Of a DNA stretch of 64,000 bases, positions 1 through 15,095 are shown in pieces. The notes beneath the pieces are model-generated. The model was not told the origin of the DNA, made no database searches, and saw only the letters and a list, made by a program, of their open reading frames with translations. This DNA comes from Eledone cirrhosa (lineage: Eukaryota). The position numbers and the translations under genes are program-made. Where the stretch lies: the NCBI GenBank assembly GCA_964016885.1, contig OZ024743.1, positions 37,696,001 to 37,760,000 of the forward strand, read 5' to 3'. Within the stretch, counting starts at the first letter, position 1; every line of letters begins with the position of its first letter.

Positions 1-1484
1 TTACAAACATTGAGATTCTCACATGAAAATAGAATCTTTATTACAAGACACGTGCATTTAAACAATGGAAGTATTTGTCCAATATCCCCTTTAGTCATCG
101 AAAAGATTATAGTTATGTTATAAATACAACTAACTAAACAGAGATTTAGTAGCTATACATACGGCGTGAAAAAAATGGTATATCTTTCTTAAACATATAA
201 ATTTTCTATATTTTCTAAAATAATTACAATTTCTTTCTTTTACGTCCCTACGTTTTCTATTGCACTTAGCATTCAAACACAATAGAGATCATCTATTTCT
301 ACAATGTTGCAATCAAAATTACTCGGAGTGTTTCAGCTCACGTCACACTATATGTACAATTATACAGTACGAGCAGAAAAAATATCCTTCGGGTGGTTTT
401 CTGCTGGCATGTGTAGTGTGCATACTCTTTTATTCTTTTATCTGTTGCAGCCATCCGGCTGAGGCCATACTGGGGCACCGCTCTTAACAATTAGAGATGC
501 AAATTGATATACATATAGATATGTTGCATCAAATGAAATCGTAACTGGCATTATACACAGAAATTGAACGATGTGTGCGTTACACTGTATTATGTAATCA
601 GTAAAGTAATCCATGATACATTAAAAAAAGACGATATTATATATAAACTGCATTAAGAAAAAAATTAATGGCGGAAATATATGATTGTTTATATAAGTGA
701 TCGCTAACCGGAAGTGTCGACATTTGAAAATTTTAAAGAAGTGAATCTTAAAATAAGCAATAAAATTATTTATATTCATTCAAGAATTATTCATTCATTA
801 TTTATTCAAAGTAATCCAACTTATTTTACAAACGGGATAAAAAAAATATATAGTCCGGACGCAGCCCCGCACTCCTTTCTTTATTATAGTTAAGATTTCT
901 ACAAATTTCCGTTGAGATATTTTGCTCAACCATATTGTTAATAATCATAATCATCATCCCTATATTCCGTTTCTATCTGTATATATTGAACACTCGTACC
1001 ATATGAGCAACATAACATATGGGCAGTTTATGATTTTCTAAAGAGGTCTAATAAAACCTAAATATTCTTTCCATCAGTTGGATTTTAAGACTTGATCCAC
1101 TAACATACTGAACTTTTCTTCATGCCCAAAATTGAAATTTCATGAATTTTAAAGTTCCTCTCAATTTGAAGACGCATGAATAGAATACTTATTTGATGGG
1201 ATTCCTCTTTTAATAATGTTACATATGTGATAGGTCACCTTGCTCAATTGTGCAGAACACCGCTTGTACTATTTTCACTCAGCCATAACGCATTATATAT
1301 AGATAGATTGATATAGCTATATATGTATATAGATAGATAGATAGATATGTATTCTTATATATGCATGAGTATATGATTTATAGCGTGGGATACTGGGAGC
1401 CAGTATGAATGTATAGAGTGCACTTAAAACAAACAAAACTGTAATGCAAGAGTAAACATAGCAAGAAAATTGAATTTGTAGATG

Positions 1485-1556
1485 TGGATGTATTGCACAC
1501 ACAAATACATATATTTACACACACACCACACGAACAAACACTAACACACACATACA

Positions 1557-1594
<38 letters not shown>

Positions 1595-1735
1595 CACATA
1601 CACACACACGCATATATATACTGTGTATTTTGGCTTTGTTATATCTGTTTAATATTACACGCATACACAAACAGACACAGGCACAGAACACATAGACACA
1701 CACACACACATACACACACACACACACACATACAC
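1485..1735. repeat. (CA)n-rich compound microsatellite
   Basis: Imperfect CA/TA runs; produce spurious HTHT/CVCV ORFs. Confidence 0.95.
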
Positions 1736-2051
1736 ATGTATATATTGTATGTGAGGGTGAGTGGATGGGCGTGTGTATATGTGTGTTTAGATGTATATAT
1801 AAATATATTGATGTATTTATGGGCAACATGAATCTAATTTTTTTCATCTTAATCCCCTATAACTAGTCTCAAATTCTACACATCGTATCACGTTTGCTAA
1901 ACTGTAACAGATAGGATAACAAAGATACATGTATGATTAATTAAAAGTCAACAGCACTTGATTGAATCATAACAAAACAAAGCAGGTCCACGAGAAACCA
2001 TTGATACTCGAAGCCCACAAACTGCTCAGCTGCTTACAGTACTACACCACT

Positions 2052-2620
<569 letters not shown>

Positions 2621-3097
2621 TGTCTAAATATTTGTGTAGAATTATATATATCTGTCCAGAATTAGCCGTCGAAATGGCTTGAGCTCAGCTGTCGGGGTCT
2701 TACTTGTTCCTATATATATATATATATATATATCCATACATACAAATATGGATACATATATGTATGTAATATATGATTGTGGGTGGGTATTAATTTTGAT
2801 GATGATGATAACTACAATGATTGTGATGATACGTATGATAATATTTAGGATGAGAAGAAGGAGTGGGTGGGCAGGAAAGAAAATAGATTTCTCATGGTGT
2901 TTTGTCGGTTATATTATTCATTTATAACATGATTTTACTGTCTTCTATTTTTATTACTTACTGTAATGGATTCTCTATGAGACTGGTGACATGAAAAACT
3001 ATATAAATATATATATAAGAAAAAGAGATGAAATCGAAAATGCAACTGGAGTCTTATTTTTTTTTCTTTTTTTTTAAATATATATATTTATTTGGTT

Positions 3098-3135
3098 CCT
3101 TTACCGGTTTCGCAGTTCTTCTGCTTTTCAAAAGG
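3098..3135 (-). ncRNA. Type I minimal hammerhead ribozyme (U3-A8 variant), left arm
   Basis: Minus strand reads cctt-TTGAAAA-gcag aagaa ctgc-GAAA-ccg-GTA-aagg; stem III palindrome ACCGGT. Confidence 0.7.
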
Positions 3136-3204
3136 TGAGTTGAGATGGAGGGTCTGTGGTTTTTCTCACTGTGAGAAAAACCACAAACCCTCCATCTCAA
3201 CTCA

Positions 3205-3242
3205 CCTTTTGAAAAGCAGAAGAACTGCGAAACCGGTAGAGG
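3205..3242 (+). ncRNA. Type I minimal hammerhead ribozyme (U3-A8 variant), right arm
   Basis: cctt-TTGAAAA(3209-3215)-gcag aagaa ctgc-GAAACCGGTA-gagg; predicted cleavage after A3238. Confidence 0.7.
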
Positions 3243-3374
3243 AACCAAATAAATATATATATTTAAACAAAAAAATAAGACTCCAGTTGCATTTTCGATT
3301 TCATCTCTTTTTCTTATACTTTTACTCGTGTAGGACACCTCGGTTATTTTTCAATTTGTAAAAAAAACCTCACC

Positions 3375-4105
<731 letters not shown>

Positions 4106-4546
4106 TATATATCTAAATAGACGTTTGGGAAGCCTCAACAATGCAGATGGGTAAATCTCCTGGTAATAGAATAAGGTGGAAATGAGAGAGAGATATATGT
4201 ATACCGCTTCATATATATCTATATATATCTCTATATATTTCTATATTGCTTTGTTAATATATACATATGGGTGTGTTAGTGTCTATATATAAAAGTGCAA
4301 GCTAATGGCCATTAACTATGCAGCAGCATATTATGTATAAACAGCCCCCCCCCCCCACACACACGCACACACACACATATATATATATACATATCTATAT
4401 ATATACATGTATATATATATACATATATATATATATATGCATATGCATATATATATATATATATATCGGTAAATATCTCTATAAATATGTGTATGCTTGG
4501 GTGGGTTTATGTGGGTGTATTAATCTTTACGAAAGACTTCAAATAT

Positions 4547-4577
<31 letters not shown>

Positions 4578-4869
4578 AATATATGGGGGGGGGGGGGCGT
4601 GTGTGTGTGTGTACATTATACAAAGATATAAAAGCGAGAGAGAAATGGACAGGGATAATGAGAGAACCTGAAAATGCTATTGCATCAGCACATTTGGTAC
4701 GAAAGAATCCAAATCCAAAGCATGTGATTTACGGAAAAGCAGTATAACTGAGTTTGAATGTAGCGTGATATGATAGTTATCGTAATGCGAGTATTTAATT
4801 AGGTTAGAATATACCCTCTATACGTATTATATATTTTATATTAAGATCTTAATATTAATATCGTTTATA

Positions 4870-5900
4870 CTTCATTTATTGAGGTTCCATATTGAGCTGG
4901 GAACAAAGAACTTCCTCTTCAGATTTGATTTTCAGATATTTGTGCTTTTTCTGAGTATGCACTTCTGAATAGGCACACCGTAGCCTACTGCAAAACATTG
5001 CTTCAAAATGAAAGTCCTGGTGTGTATAAACCCTTCAATGGGGCATGCAAAACAAATGCCTTGTTTAAAATTAAAAATGGTCTTTAAATCCTTGCTCTAA
5101 TATAGAAAATGTTTAAAGTCAATTTCCAGTGCAACGTTTATTTCCATGCTCAATTATATACTGCAGAGGACTTTGAATGGTAATCGGAAGCTATGAATGC
5201 TTTGATTACTTGTAATGATAATGAGATATTATTGATTATACTTATTTAAGTATGCTTTGAAATAGGAGTACTTGTTGAAAGGTTAAATATTAAGTTCAAA
5301 TATATATTTTATTTGGAATTCCAAAATTTCTGAATGATTTAGATTAACGCCGTATTCATGGAATTTGTATCCTTGTATTATTTTTATTACGTGAAATACA
5401 TATTGATTATTTTAGATGATTTTTCTTATCAATTTATTGATCTTTTAATAAACTCTATATGATGAAATAAATATGTCCGCTATCAAAAAATGCAGAATTC
5501 ACATGCCGAGCATTAATAAGTCCGTATTTAAATGAATCACGTACAACTACCATTTATATAAGGTCATGTGGCCATTGCTATTTAATTTAGCCTTTCAAAA
5601 TTTGTTCAAGTTTCATATATAGAGTTTTTTGTTAAATCTGATTATGATAGATGTTTGAATTCACTATAAATATTTTCTTCAATGCGGGTTTTATAGTGTC
5701 AAAATGCTTAGTGATTAACCACGATGAGCCATTCAGTACAAAGGTATGATCGAGTTATACTTTGATTTTCTTAAACTGGGATGAAATATTCAGCTGTACT
5801 TACATTTCCCAAATTCAACTTGTACACATGGTCTGGATTAATGTGCAACCTTGATATAGCTAAAAAGGGATTAAAAAATATGAAAGGAATAAAAAGGTTT
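4870..5900 (-). mobile_element. Highly decayed Penelope-like element 3' part with a broken hammerhead
   Basis: Minus-strand fragments such as TFSILEQGFK and PLKGLY resemble a GIY-YIG C-terminus. These are followed by CTGAAGA-ggaa gttctttg ttcc-(GAAA missing)-cagct and AATAAA at ~4875-4922. The upstream boundary is uncertain. Confidence 0.3.
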
Positions 5901-6480
5901 TGGATGGTTTTTGAATGGCTAAAATACCTCTTCGATTATGTAATAGCTTAAATTTTAACAGACAATCTCAGATTTAGTAACGGGCCAAAGGTGTTCAACC
6001 TCGAAACTTTGACAAAACAAGGAGCTGAATTTCAAATAAAAATCAGAGTTAAATACTCATATTAATACCCTGTAATTAATGAGCTCAAAGTATAAAAACC
6101 GAGCATTGTATATAATGTTTTGTTGAGCTTACAAGTTGAGTGAATTTAAGCTACTATTTCTAGTCGTTACATAATCAACTCACGCCGCTTTGCACTTCAT
6201 GTCGCACGAGGTATTTTTTCTCCCTCGTGTGATATTTAGTTATCTAATGTACCTCTAGGTGTTTGTTGCATATAATTTCTATCTCCTGTTGAAAAGCCTT
6301 AGGATTATCTGTTACAAACACATTTTACGGCGAAACAGGAGAATAATAGTTATTGAAACGGTTTGTACATTTTAATTAACTTTTATCTTTTGTTTTCCGT
6401 TTGCTTCATAGATTATATACTTCATACCAAGGTGGTTTCCAGCCATCGTAATTTTAAACACGCTTTTATGTGTTTCTCTC

Positions 6481-6484
<4 letters not shown>

Positions 6485-6552
<68 letters not shown>

Positions 6553-6630
6553 CCTCTATGTATATGTATATATATATATATGTATATATATATGAATATA
6601 TATGAATATATATGTATATATATGTACATA
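6485..6630. repeat. (CT)n followed by (TA)n microsatellite
   Basis: Direct reading. Confidence 0.95.
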
Positions 6631-6735
6631 TACGGAGAAATTGAAACGAAATTTCATTTCTCACTCTTAGTACGGCTGTTAGTTAAATATAAGTATGTAT
6701 ACGTACATACATATATGTATACAGACGTACAGTAG

Positions 6736-6793
<58 letters not shown>

Positions 6794-6945
6794 ATACATA
6801 CATGCACATATATATATATATATATATATGTACGTATGGATTCATCGAACATTTATTATAAACTCGGTGTGTTTGTAAACAAACATCCCGTATTAAGCCG
6901 TACAGTGTCTAGCAACCATCGTTGCTCATTTGTTCAACATTGACA

Positions 6946-7000
6946 AAGGAACGCTGTACTAATTTCAAGCTTATTAGCTATCGTCAGCAACGTATACCTT
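6946..7000 (-). ncRNA. Type I hammerhead ribozyme
   Basis: Minus strand reads aaggtatacgttg-CTGACGA-tagct aata agctt-GAAA-tta-GTA-cagcgttcctt. Confidence 0.75.
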
Positions 7001-7541
7001 CCTACCAGATGGTTGAACGTCTGAAAGTATATACTTTCCTTATGCATATTAACGGCTGAGCAGCCTAATTTGCATATCGAGTGAGTTAATCGGCCGGGGT
7101 AGCGAAAACGATAAACGGAAAAATGAAACGAAATTTCATTTCTCACTCTTAGTACGGCTGTTACTTAAATATAAGTATGTATACGTACATACATATATGT
7201 ATACATACGTACAGTAGTATGTATACATACATGCACATATATATATATACATACATGCACATATATATGTACGTATGGATTCACCGAAGATTTATTATAA
7301 TGCTCGGTGTGTTTGTAAACAAACATCCGAAATTAAGCCGTACAGTGTCTAGCAACCATCGTTGCTCATTTGTTCAACACTGACAAAGGAACGCTGTACT
7401 AGTTTCAAGCTTATTAGCTTATTCCGTTTATCGTTTTCGGTACCCCGGCCGATTAACTCACTCGATATTCAAATTAGGCTGCTCAGCCGTTAATATGCAT
7501 AAGAAAAGTATATACTTTCAGACATTCAACCATCTGGCAGG

Positions 7542-7596
7542 AAGGTATACGTTGCTGACGATAGCTAATAAGATTGAAACTAGTACATCGTTCCTT
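7542..7596 (+). ncRNA. Type I hammerhead ribozyme
   Basis: acgttg-CTGACGA(7555-7561)-tagct aata agatt-GAAACTAGTA-catcgt; stem III palindrome ACTAGT; predicted cleavage after A7585. Confidence 0.75.
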
Positions 7597-7731
7597 TGTC
7601 AGTGTTGAACAATGAGCAACGATGGTTGCTAGACACTGTACGGCTTAATTCGGGATGTTTGTTTACAAACACACCGAGCATTATAATAAATGTTCGGTGA
7701 ATCCATACGTACATATATATATGTGTGCCTG

Positions 7732-7821
<90 letters not shown>

Positions 7822-8021
7822 CATACTACTGTACGTCTGTATACATATATGTATGTACGTATACATACTTATATTTATGTACATATATATATATATATTA
7901 GTAAACCTCTATTTTTAAATATATATATATATATATATATGAAAAAGTATGACCCACTCTACTAACCTAAGTACTGAGTACTCTGGTGCGTTATGGTCCA
8001 TTTGGTTCCTTACCACAATTC

Positions 8022-8062
<41 letters not shown>

Positions 8063-8224
8063 GATTCTTTGCTTAAACTTTAATCTGTTATTTTAATAAA
8101 TATATGCTCTACGGTTCTTATATATTCTTCATTGAGCCACACCGTGAAAGGTTGCCAAACTCATATATGTATCTGTGACTATGTCTAATTATATATATAT
8201 ACCTCTTTAAATGTAATATATACT

Positions 8225-8560
8225 CCCGTAATCCATGTACGAGTTCCCTCCAACGGTCTCTGTCCCTCATAATTTCTGTCATGTCCTGCGTCTCCAAGAG
8301 ACCAGTGTCTGTCCGTAGGGCATCCACATACGTCACCTCGCTCTCCCTCTTCCAGTGTGTCCATGCAGGGGCTCCCACAGGAGCACTGAGTACAGTGTCA
8401 ACTGTGGATGTCGGTGAGCATGTCCAGCTAACTTCAGGCTCCTCTATGCTCCTCTCAAGCTGACGTTTGGGAGGCTCCCGCACAGCTCTGAGTTCTTCAT
8501 CCTCAATGTATTAATGTTCAGTGCCATCCACAGCATTCTCGTGTAGTACCCATCCACCAT
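8225..8560 (-). mobile_element. RTE-like LINE 3' fragment (decayed)
   Basis: Frame-shifted pieces DGWYTRMLWMALNI, LKLAGHAHRHP, LLWEPLHG and TYVDALRTDTGL...MRDRDRWRELV match a LINE ORF2 C-terminus. Homologous to 56590-56960. Confidence 0.7.
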
Positions 8561-8593
8561 CTATATTGGTTATCAATATTAATATTATTGGGC

Positions 8594-8717
8594 ACACACT
8601 GAAGAATTATAAGAGCCCACTTGAATAAGTATCTGTTGATCTTATACAAGCTTCTACATAATTTAGTATAATTTCAATCAACTTGTAGAAATCTTATAAT
8701 GAAACGAGTCGTCTGGG
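8594..8717 (+). ncRNA. Type I hammerhead ribozyme with ~95-nt stem II
   Basis: CTGAAGA(8599-8605)-ATTATAAGA...TCTTATAAT (9-bp perfect helix)-GAAACGAGTC-GTC(8711-8713). Stem III is ACGA/TCGT; stem I is weak. Confidence 0.6.
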
Positions 8718-8881
8718 AAGTGATATATTTGATATATCTCATATGAAATGATACAGCCAATTTTCCACACAATACAATTAGTTAGCATCCCGAACGTTTA
8801 ATTAGGAATATACTCAGGTACTTCCTAATGTTTGTTGAGTGAGTTGGAATTTGGCCGGAGTATCGCTATTAGCTTTCTCCG

Positions 8882-10208
<1,327 letters not shown>

Positions 10209-11559
10209 TATATTGTATATATATATATATGTAGTATGTAGATTTATCTTTGTTAAAGTGACTCAGATGTAGTTCACGCCCCCGTACCTTTGTGTATTCC
10301 CATAAGACCATATAGTATTCAACATTGTAATACACACACATCTGTTGATATGAATTAAATATTTATATTTTGAGAAATCCATTAATCACAATACTTGATG
10401 TTTTCTTCTTTTCTTTCGCAGAAAAGTAAAGAAAAATATTAATGTATCTATTTCTCCGTTTTAGCTGTTTTTTGGTGACGAATTAGAAACTAAAGTTTTT
10501 CAAATTGATCATATACACACGCAATTAAATATCAATTATCCTCAACTACTATACAATTACTGAACATATTCGTTTTATATCGTTACATATATTCTCTCTT
10601 TATTAGCGTTTCTTATATTTATTATATTGATTTCTTTAAGCATCTACAAGCTTTCTCTTTCGCAAGATATAAATGATTTGTTCAAGAACAGTAAAGATAT
10701 ACTACTTCCTGAAGTTTATAGTAGAATTCAAAGACATGTTGAAACGAAATTACCGATGTTTCTAGATGATAAATGTGTTTTACATCTGCGTAATACAAAT
10801 TTATTTACACAAAAATATATATTTATCCACGCAACATCCTGCTAAAATAAAATAATCTTTTTAAACGACGACGGAGGAGGTTTTATGTGATGCCTTCACT
10901 TGACATATTAGAATTAGAAACGAACGCCCCCTCAAAGCAAACATCAACATCCTAAAAGCAATATTTAGATACGTACACACGCATACCTTTCTTCCCGTAA
11001 TGCCTTTATTATATTTCTATTCAATGTTACAATGACATATTATTTCCACCCCACAACATGATCGCTTTAAGTAATCGCTTCCCTTGTCATGCAAAACATA
11101 GCAGACAATGTTCCCCTGAAAGCACACATCATTGACAAAATATATTTGTCAACATAAGCCCTGAGATATTTTTCTCCAAACGTAAATAAACCCTAAACCA
11201 AACTCACAACGGAGAAACCTTTTGTGATCGCTTACCTCGACATGATTAAAATAACAGTCAACGCCTCCTCCTCAAGTCCTCTAGCGTCTTATGCAAGTAG
11301 ACTTTGGTTAGTCTGTTGAGGGGTCTTACTTGTCTGAAAAAATAAAATGGCATAATTATAATACCTTAGATCATAAGTCTGTTTCTCTATGAGGGCTGAC
11401 TTGAAGTAAAACAAGATGAGATGGGTAGAATTCCTTTGATTTTAGGCCTGCTCAATGAGGGATGATATTTGGGGCTGTTGAAAGTATATCATATAATACA
11501 TGTAATGCAAGTTTCTGTAAATGGTGTTAGTCTTGGGTTCTTGTTTACGTATTGTCTGC

Positions 11560-11800
11560 TTGCTTTTCAATCATACTTAGGGTTTCTATTTTTGAAGGGT
11601 TATATATGTTCTCATATCTTCATTTTTTAGTACTTCATCTTTTCCCTATAGTTAGGGAAATAATTTGAATAAATTCAAGCCTTCTTTTACAGTTAGGTTG
11701 TTAGTGACTGATACATCAATCAGGTGATATCTCTTTTCTTGGCGGCCCTTCACCATAATATTTGGTCGATGAATTTTATCGTTATAATTATTACACTGAT
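11560..11800 (-). pseudogene. Decayed R4/Dong-type restriction-like endonuclease fragment
   Basis: HRPNIMVKGRQEKRYHLIDVSVTNNLTVKE resembles the RPD..D.(E/K) RLE motif. The remnant may extend to ~13500. Confidence 0.45.
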
Positions 11801-13658
11801 GTCGTTCATAAATTAGCGTTTTGATATTTACCGACATTGTATCAAACTTCAAAGAATTTATGAAGGATACTTGCAGAAAACTGTTTTTTGTAATCTGTTC
11901 CTTGCATCCAAATTCCAATAATATAAAATCTGTCATAAAATCATATTGAATTTTGAGATATCATTCAGGTTCCTTTCCTTTTCTTTTCTTAAACTCTCAT
12001 ATCAAATAATACATAAATATGTAAGATGATTCGTATTTTGTGACTCTTAACTTACTTTTTGCCTTTCATGAATGAGTTGCTGAATTTACATAGTAGAACA
12101 TGCTCCGGAGTAGTTTTCCTGTTCTGCCTGCATTTCTGTAATGCAATATTCAAATTTTATGAAGTCTTATACATAAATGAAAATACAAGGGTCATGGGCT
12201 ACCCAGATGTGATCGGGTCTCGCATAACTAACCAACGTTACTCCCTGTAGCTTCACTCATATACATCATATGCCACATACACAGAAAGGTTCTTGATCGT
12301 GTGTATAATAATAATAATAAACTTTGCTCTTACCATTCCAGCGTAGCATGGCAAAACTGTTAAAGCGGGGAACAATGTTTTGTACTTTACGATGTTATGT
12401 TTTCTTAGGAGGTGGGAGGGGGTGACTTTAAAACCATAAATTAAACACTGGAAATATGAAAGGTTCATGGACCTGGTACATTCCTTCTTTCATTAAACGG
12501 TGAAACAAAGCTGCGTAGATCAAGAATTTTACAGCATAATTGGGCCGGAATTATGGATTTTGATACTAAGCCCAACATCTCGTATTTCAAGAAGAGATGT
12601 ACATTCGGTTAAATTGAATCCAGTATAGAAATGGTTTTGAATTGTATTGATTCTGTTAAGACGAACGGCAAAATTGACCTCTATTGCATTTGAACTCAGA
12701 AAGCAAAGATATGCAACAAAATGTCTCTTCCTCTCCCTTTGTCTCTCAACCCATAATTCATTCATTCAAACCACTTCTATAGCCACAACAAGGCCAGTGC
12801 ACCTATTTCCAATCACCTCCTTATATTATTGCCGGTAAAATATTTAAGATTTGATTGCTGTAAGAAAAACTAACTACCTTCTGAGAATTATTTACAACTT
12901 TACACTTTTTTCCTCTTATTGAACGATGTCTGTTAAACCGCCTCCTTATTTCTCACTGCCTCTCTTCCTCATTCTCTTTCGACTCAGGAATAATTCATTC
13001 AGCTGTAAGATAACAAGAACCACACGACCACATTTGCCAATGCCTATATTTTATATTAATAACTGATTATAGTTTATTGGAATACCTCTCATTTTCTCCT
13101 ATACTAAGTTTACTTTGAACATTGCTGTATATTATTTATACTACACATTCTATAATGTAGGAGACATTTACATAAAACATGATTAGTAATTTCGTCTAAA
13201 TTTCCTCGCATGCAACACTTACTACCATGCTGACTTCCTGTCGATTTTGATTCGAAAAGTTTTGTTCAAATTCATTATTAAATTCACGAGAATGATAAAC
13301 ATATTAAAAAACCCTTTTCGTTCCACATTCCCCTTACCTTCAATTAAACCTAATTTTCCTCGCTGTAACGTCTATTTCCTTTACAAGCTGATTCGACCAC
13401 GCCATTTATTTCCAGCTTTTTTCTCATTATTTCTTTATTTTCTTTCTCAATCTTTTCCACTTCTATGTATTTGCTACTTATACGGAATCACAAATAAGCT
13501 TCTCCTAAATTGCTACATTTACTGCATCTGTTACATTCAGAAAATCCCTGCTTTTATACAGTCATTGTTTATTCATTGTTAGCATTTTCTTGTGCACATA
13601 CATCTATTAGAGCATTTTGCTTTTTGTTCAACTATGAAATATCTTAGGGTACCTTATT

Positions 13659-13704
<46 letters not shown>

Positions 13705-13709
<5 letters not shown>

Positions 13710-15063
13710 ACACAAGTATCAAAGTTATGTTTAAAACATTTAATCGCTGACAATTGTTTCTTCCAAATTTAGGCTTGGAGTCCTCGGAGCATTATCAATG
13801 TTTGTACATATAATTAACCTCCTATTCAACTGAAGAATCATACAGATACATATATATTGATGTTGTGGACAACAATTTCATGTTTACAGTGTGGTATGGA
13901 TGCGACATACCACACTGTATATGGATGCGACATACCATACATTATATTATACGAGAAGTGTACAATAATTCAAATTAAGATTGAAATTAAAATTAAAATT
14001 AAAATTAAAAGCATAGGGTGGAACTCATGTATCAGATAATACAAATAATACAAGAGAATAGTCTAATAATTAAATTAGAGAGATAGTACATGCGTTAGTC
14101 ATATATATATAGGAATGGAACAAGCAAAGGTATCATGCATATATGAGTACTGTATGACAGGGTATTACATAAAATACAAGCAATTTAAGCGAATATGTTA
14201 GTGTTTTATGGTGGATGCAATGCGAGGATATTTTCTGTATAGTTCAAATGTGTATGTGTGTAGAATATGAAAGTTACAGATTTCACATCCATAAGTTAAG
14301 ATATATTTGTATTGAATGTTTGTTATAGTAATGGATTGTAACTTAGTGTTATTTAATCCAGATTTATGGATTAGAGTTATTTAACTGCGAGAATTTTCAA
14401 CGGTTTAATATCCGGAAGTGGATATGGAATTAAGGGGAGCTAATGCGTAAGGAGAGCTAACTAGCTCATTATAATAATTAAATTCCTTGCTCTAATAGAC
14501 ATTATATAGTGCTTCAATTGAATCCCTTATATAAAAAGTTATATATTTATATTCAATTATAAATACAGTCTACTCTCTCCTAATATATTAAAGGTTTCAT
14601 TAGATTGTTATCTACACAATATTATATAGTGCCATAATTGAATTCCTCATACAAAATGTTATATATTTATATTTAATTTTAAATACAGTCTACTCTCTCA
14701 CAATATATTAAAGGTTTCATTAGATTGTTGTCTACCCAATATTTGGTAAGATATGGAATAACGTATAGCTGTTTGCATGATAAATTAGATAATCTCTTGA
14801 GTAAATAAATTAATCCTTTATATACAATGTTATTACTTTATACATCTAATTATAAAAGTATATATAATTCATTGTTCCATATTATTTTAAAGTTAGATGA
14901 ATCCCTTATGTTAATAAATTAATCCTTTATATACAATGTAAAACAACTGATGTTCTTACATTGAGCTATTTCTCTTACTGTTAATAAGGTAGTAATAAAT
15001 TACAGACCTTCCCTGTTTATAGTTGTTTATAGTATAGTATATACATAACAATAAATAGTATCT

Positions 15064-15070
<7 letters not shown>
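13705..15070 (-). mobile_element. Naiad-type Penelope 3' non-coding region, TA-flanked
   Basis: Colinear homology to the 3' region of the coding Naiad at 60690-62000, including the HHR end, the conserved block 14385-14467 and a 120-bp tandem duplication at 14501-14740. Confidence 0.75.
13746..13790 (-). ncRNA. Type I hammerhead ribozyme, CCGA core variant
   Basis: Minus strand reads gct-CCGAGGA-ctccaa gcctaaat ttgga a-GAAACAATT-GTC-agc; stem III palindrome ACAATTGT. Confidence 0.7.

Positions 15071-15095
<25 letters not shown>

Larger units (their letters stand above)
3014..3318. mobile_element. Fold-back (palindromic) Penelope-derived non-coding element, one hammerhead per arm
   Basis: Arms of ~150 bp are near-perfect reverse complements centred on T3170 (ttttctcac-t-gtgagaaaa). 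Each arm has an HHR followed by AATAAA. Flanked by TA runs. Confidence 0.8.
6632..7877. mobile_element. Non-coding hammerhead-bearing unit (~480 bp) in partial tandem plus inverted copy (retrozyme/Penelope pLTR-like)
   Basis: Copy 1 at 6632-7114, partial copy 2 at 7115-7420, inverted copy at ~7422-7877. Internal variable (TA)n, no meaningful ORF, HHR present. Confidence 0.8.

Noticed and set aside
3054-3361. Matching ORFs on both strands (VPLPVSQFFCFSKGELRW...)
   Set aside because: Artefact of the DNA palindrome; the same applies to 9351-9817.
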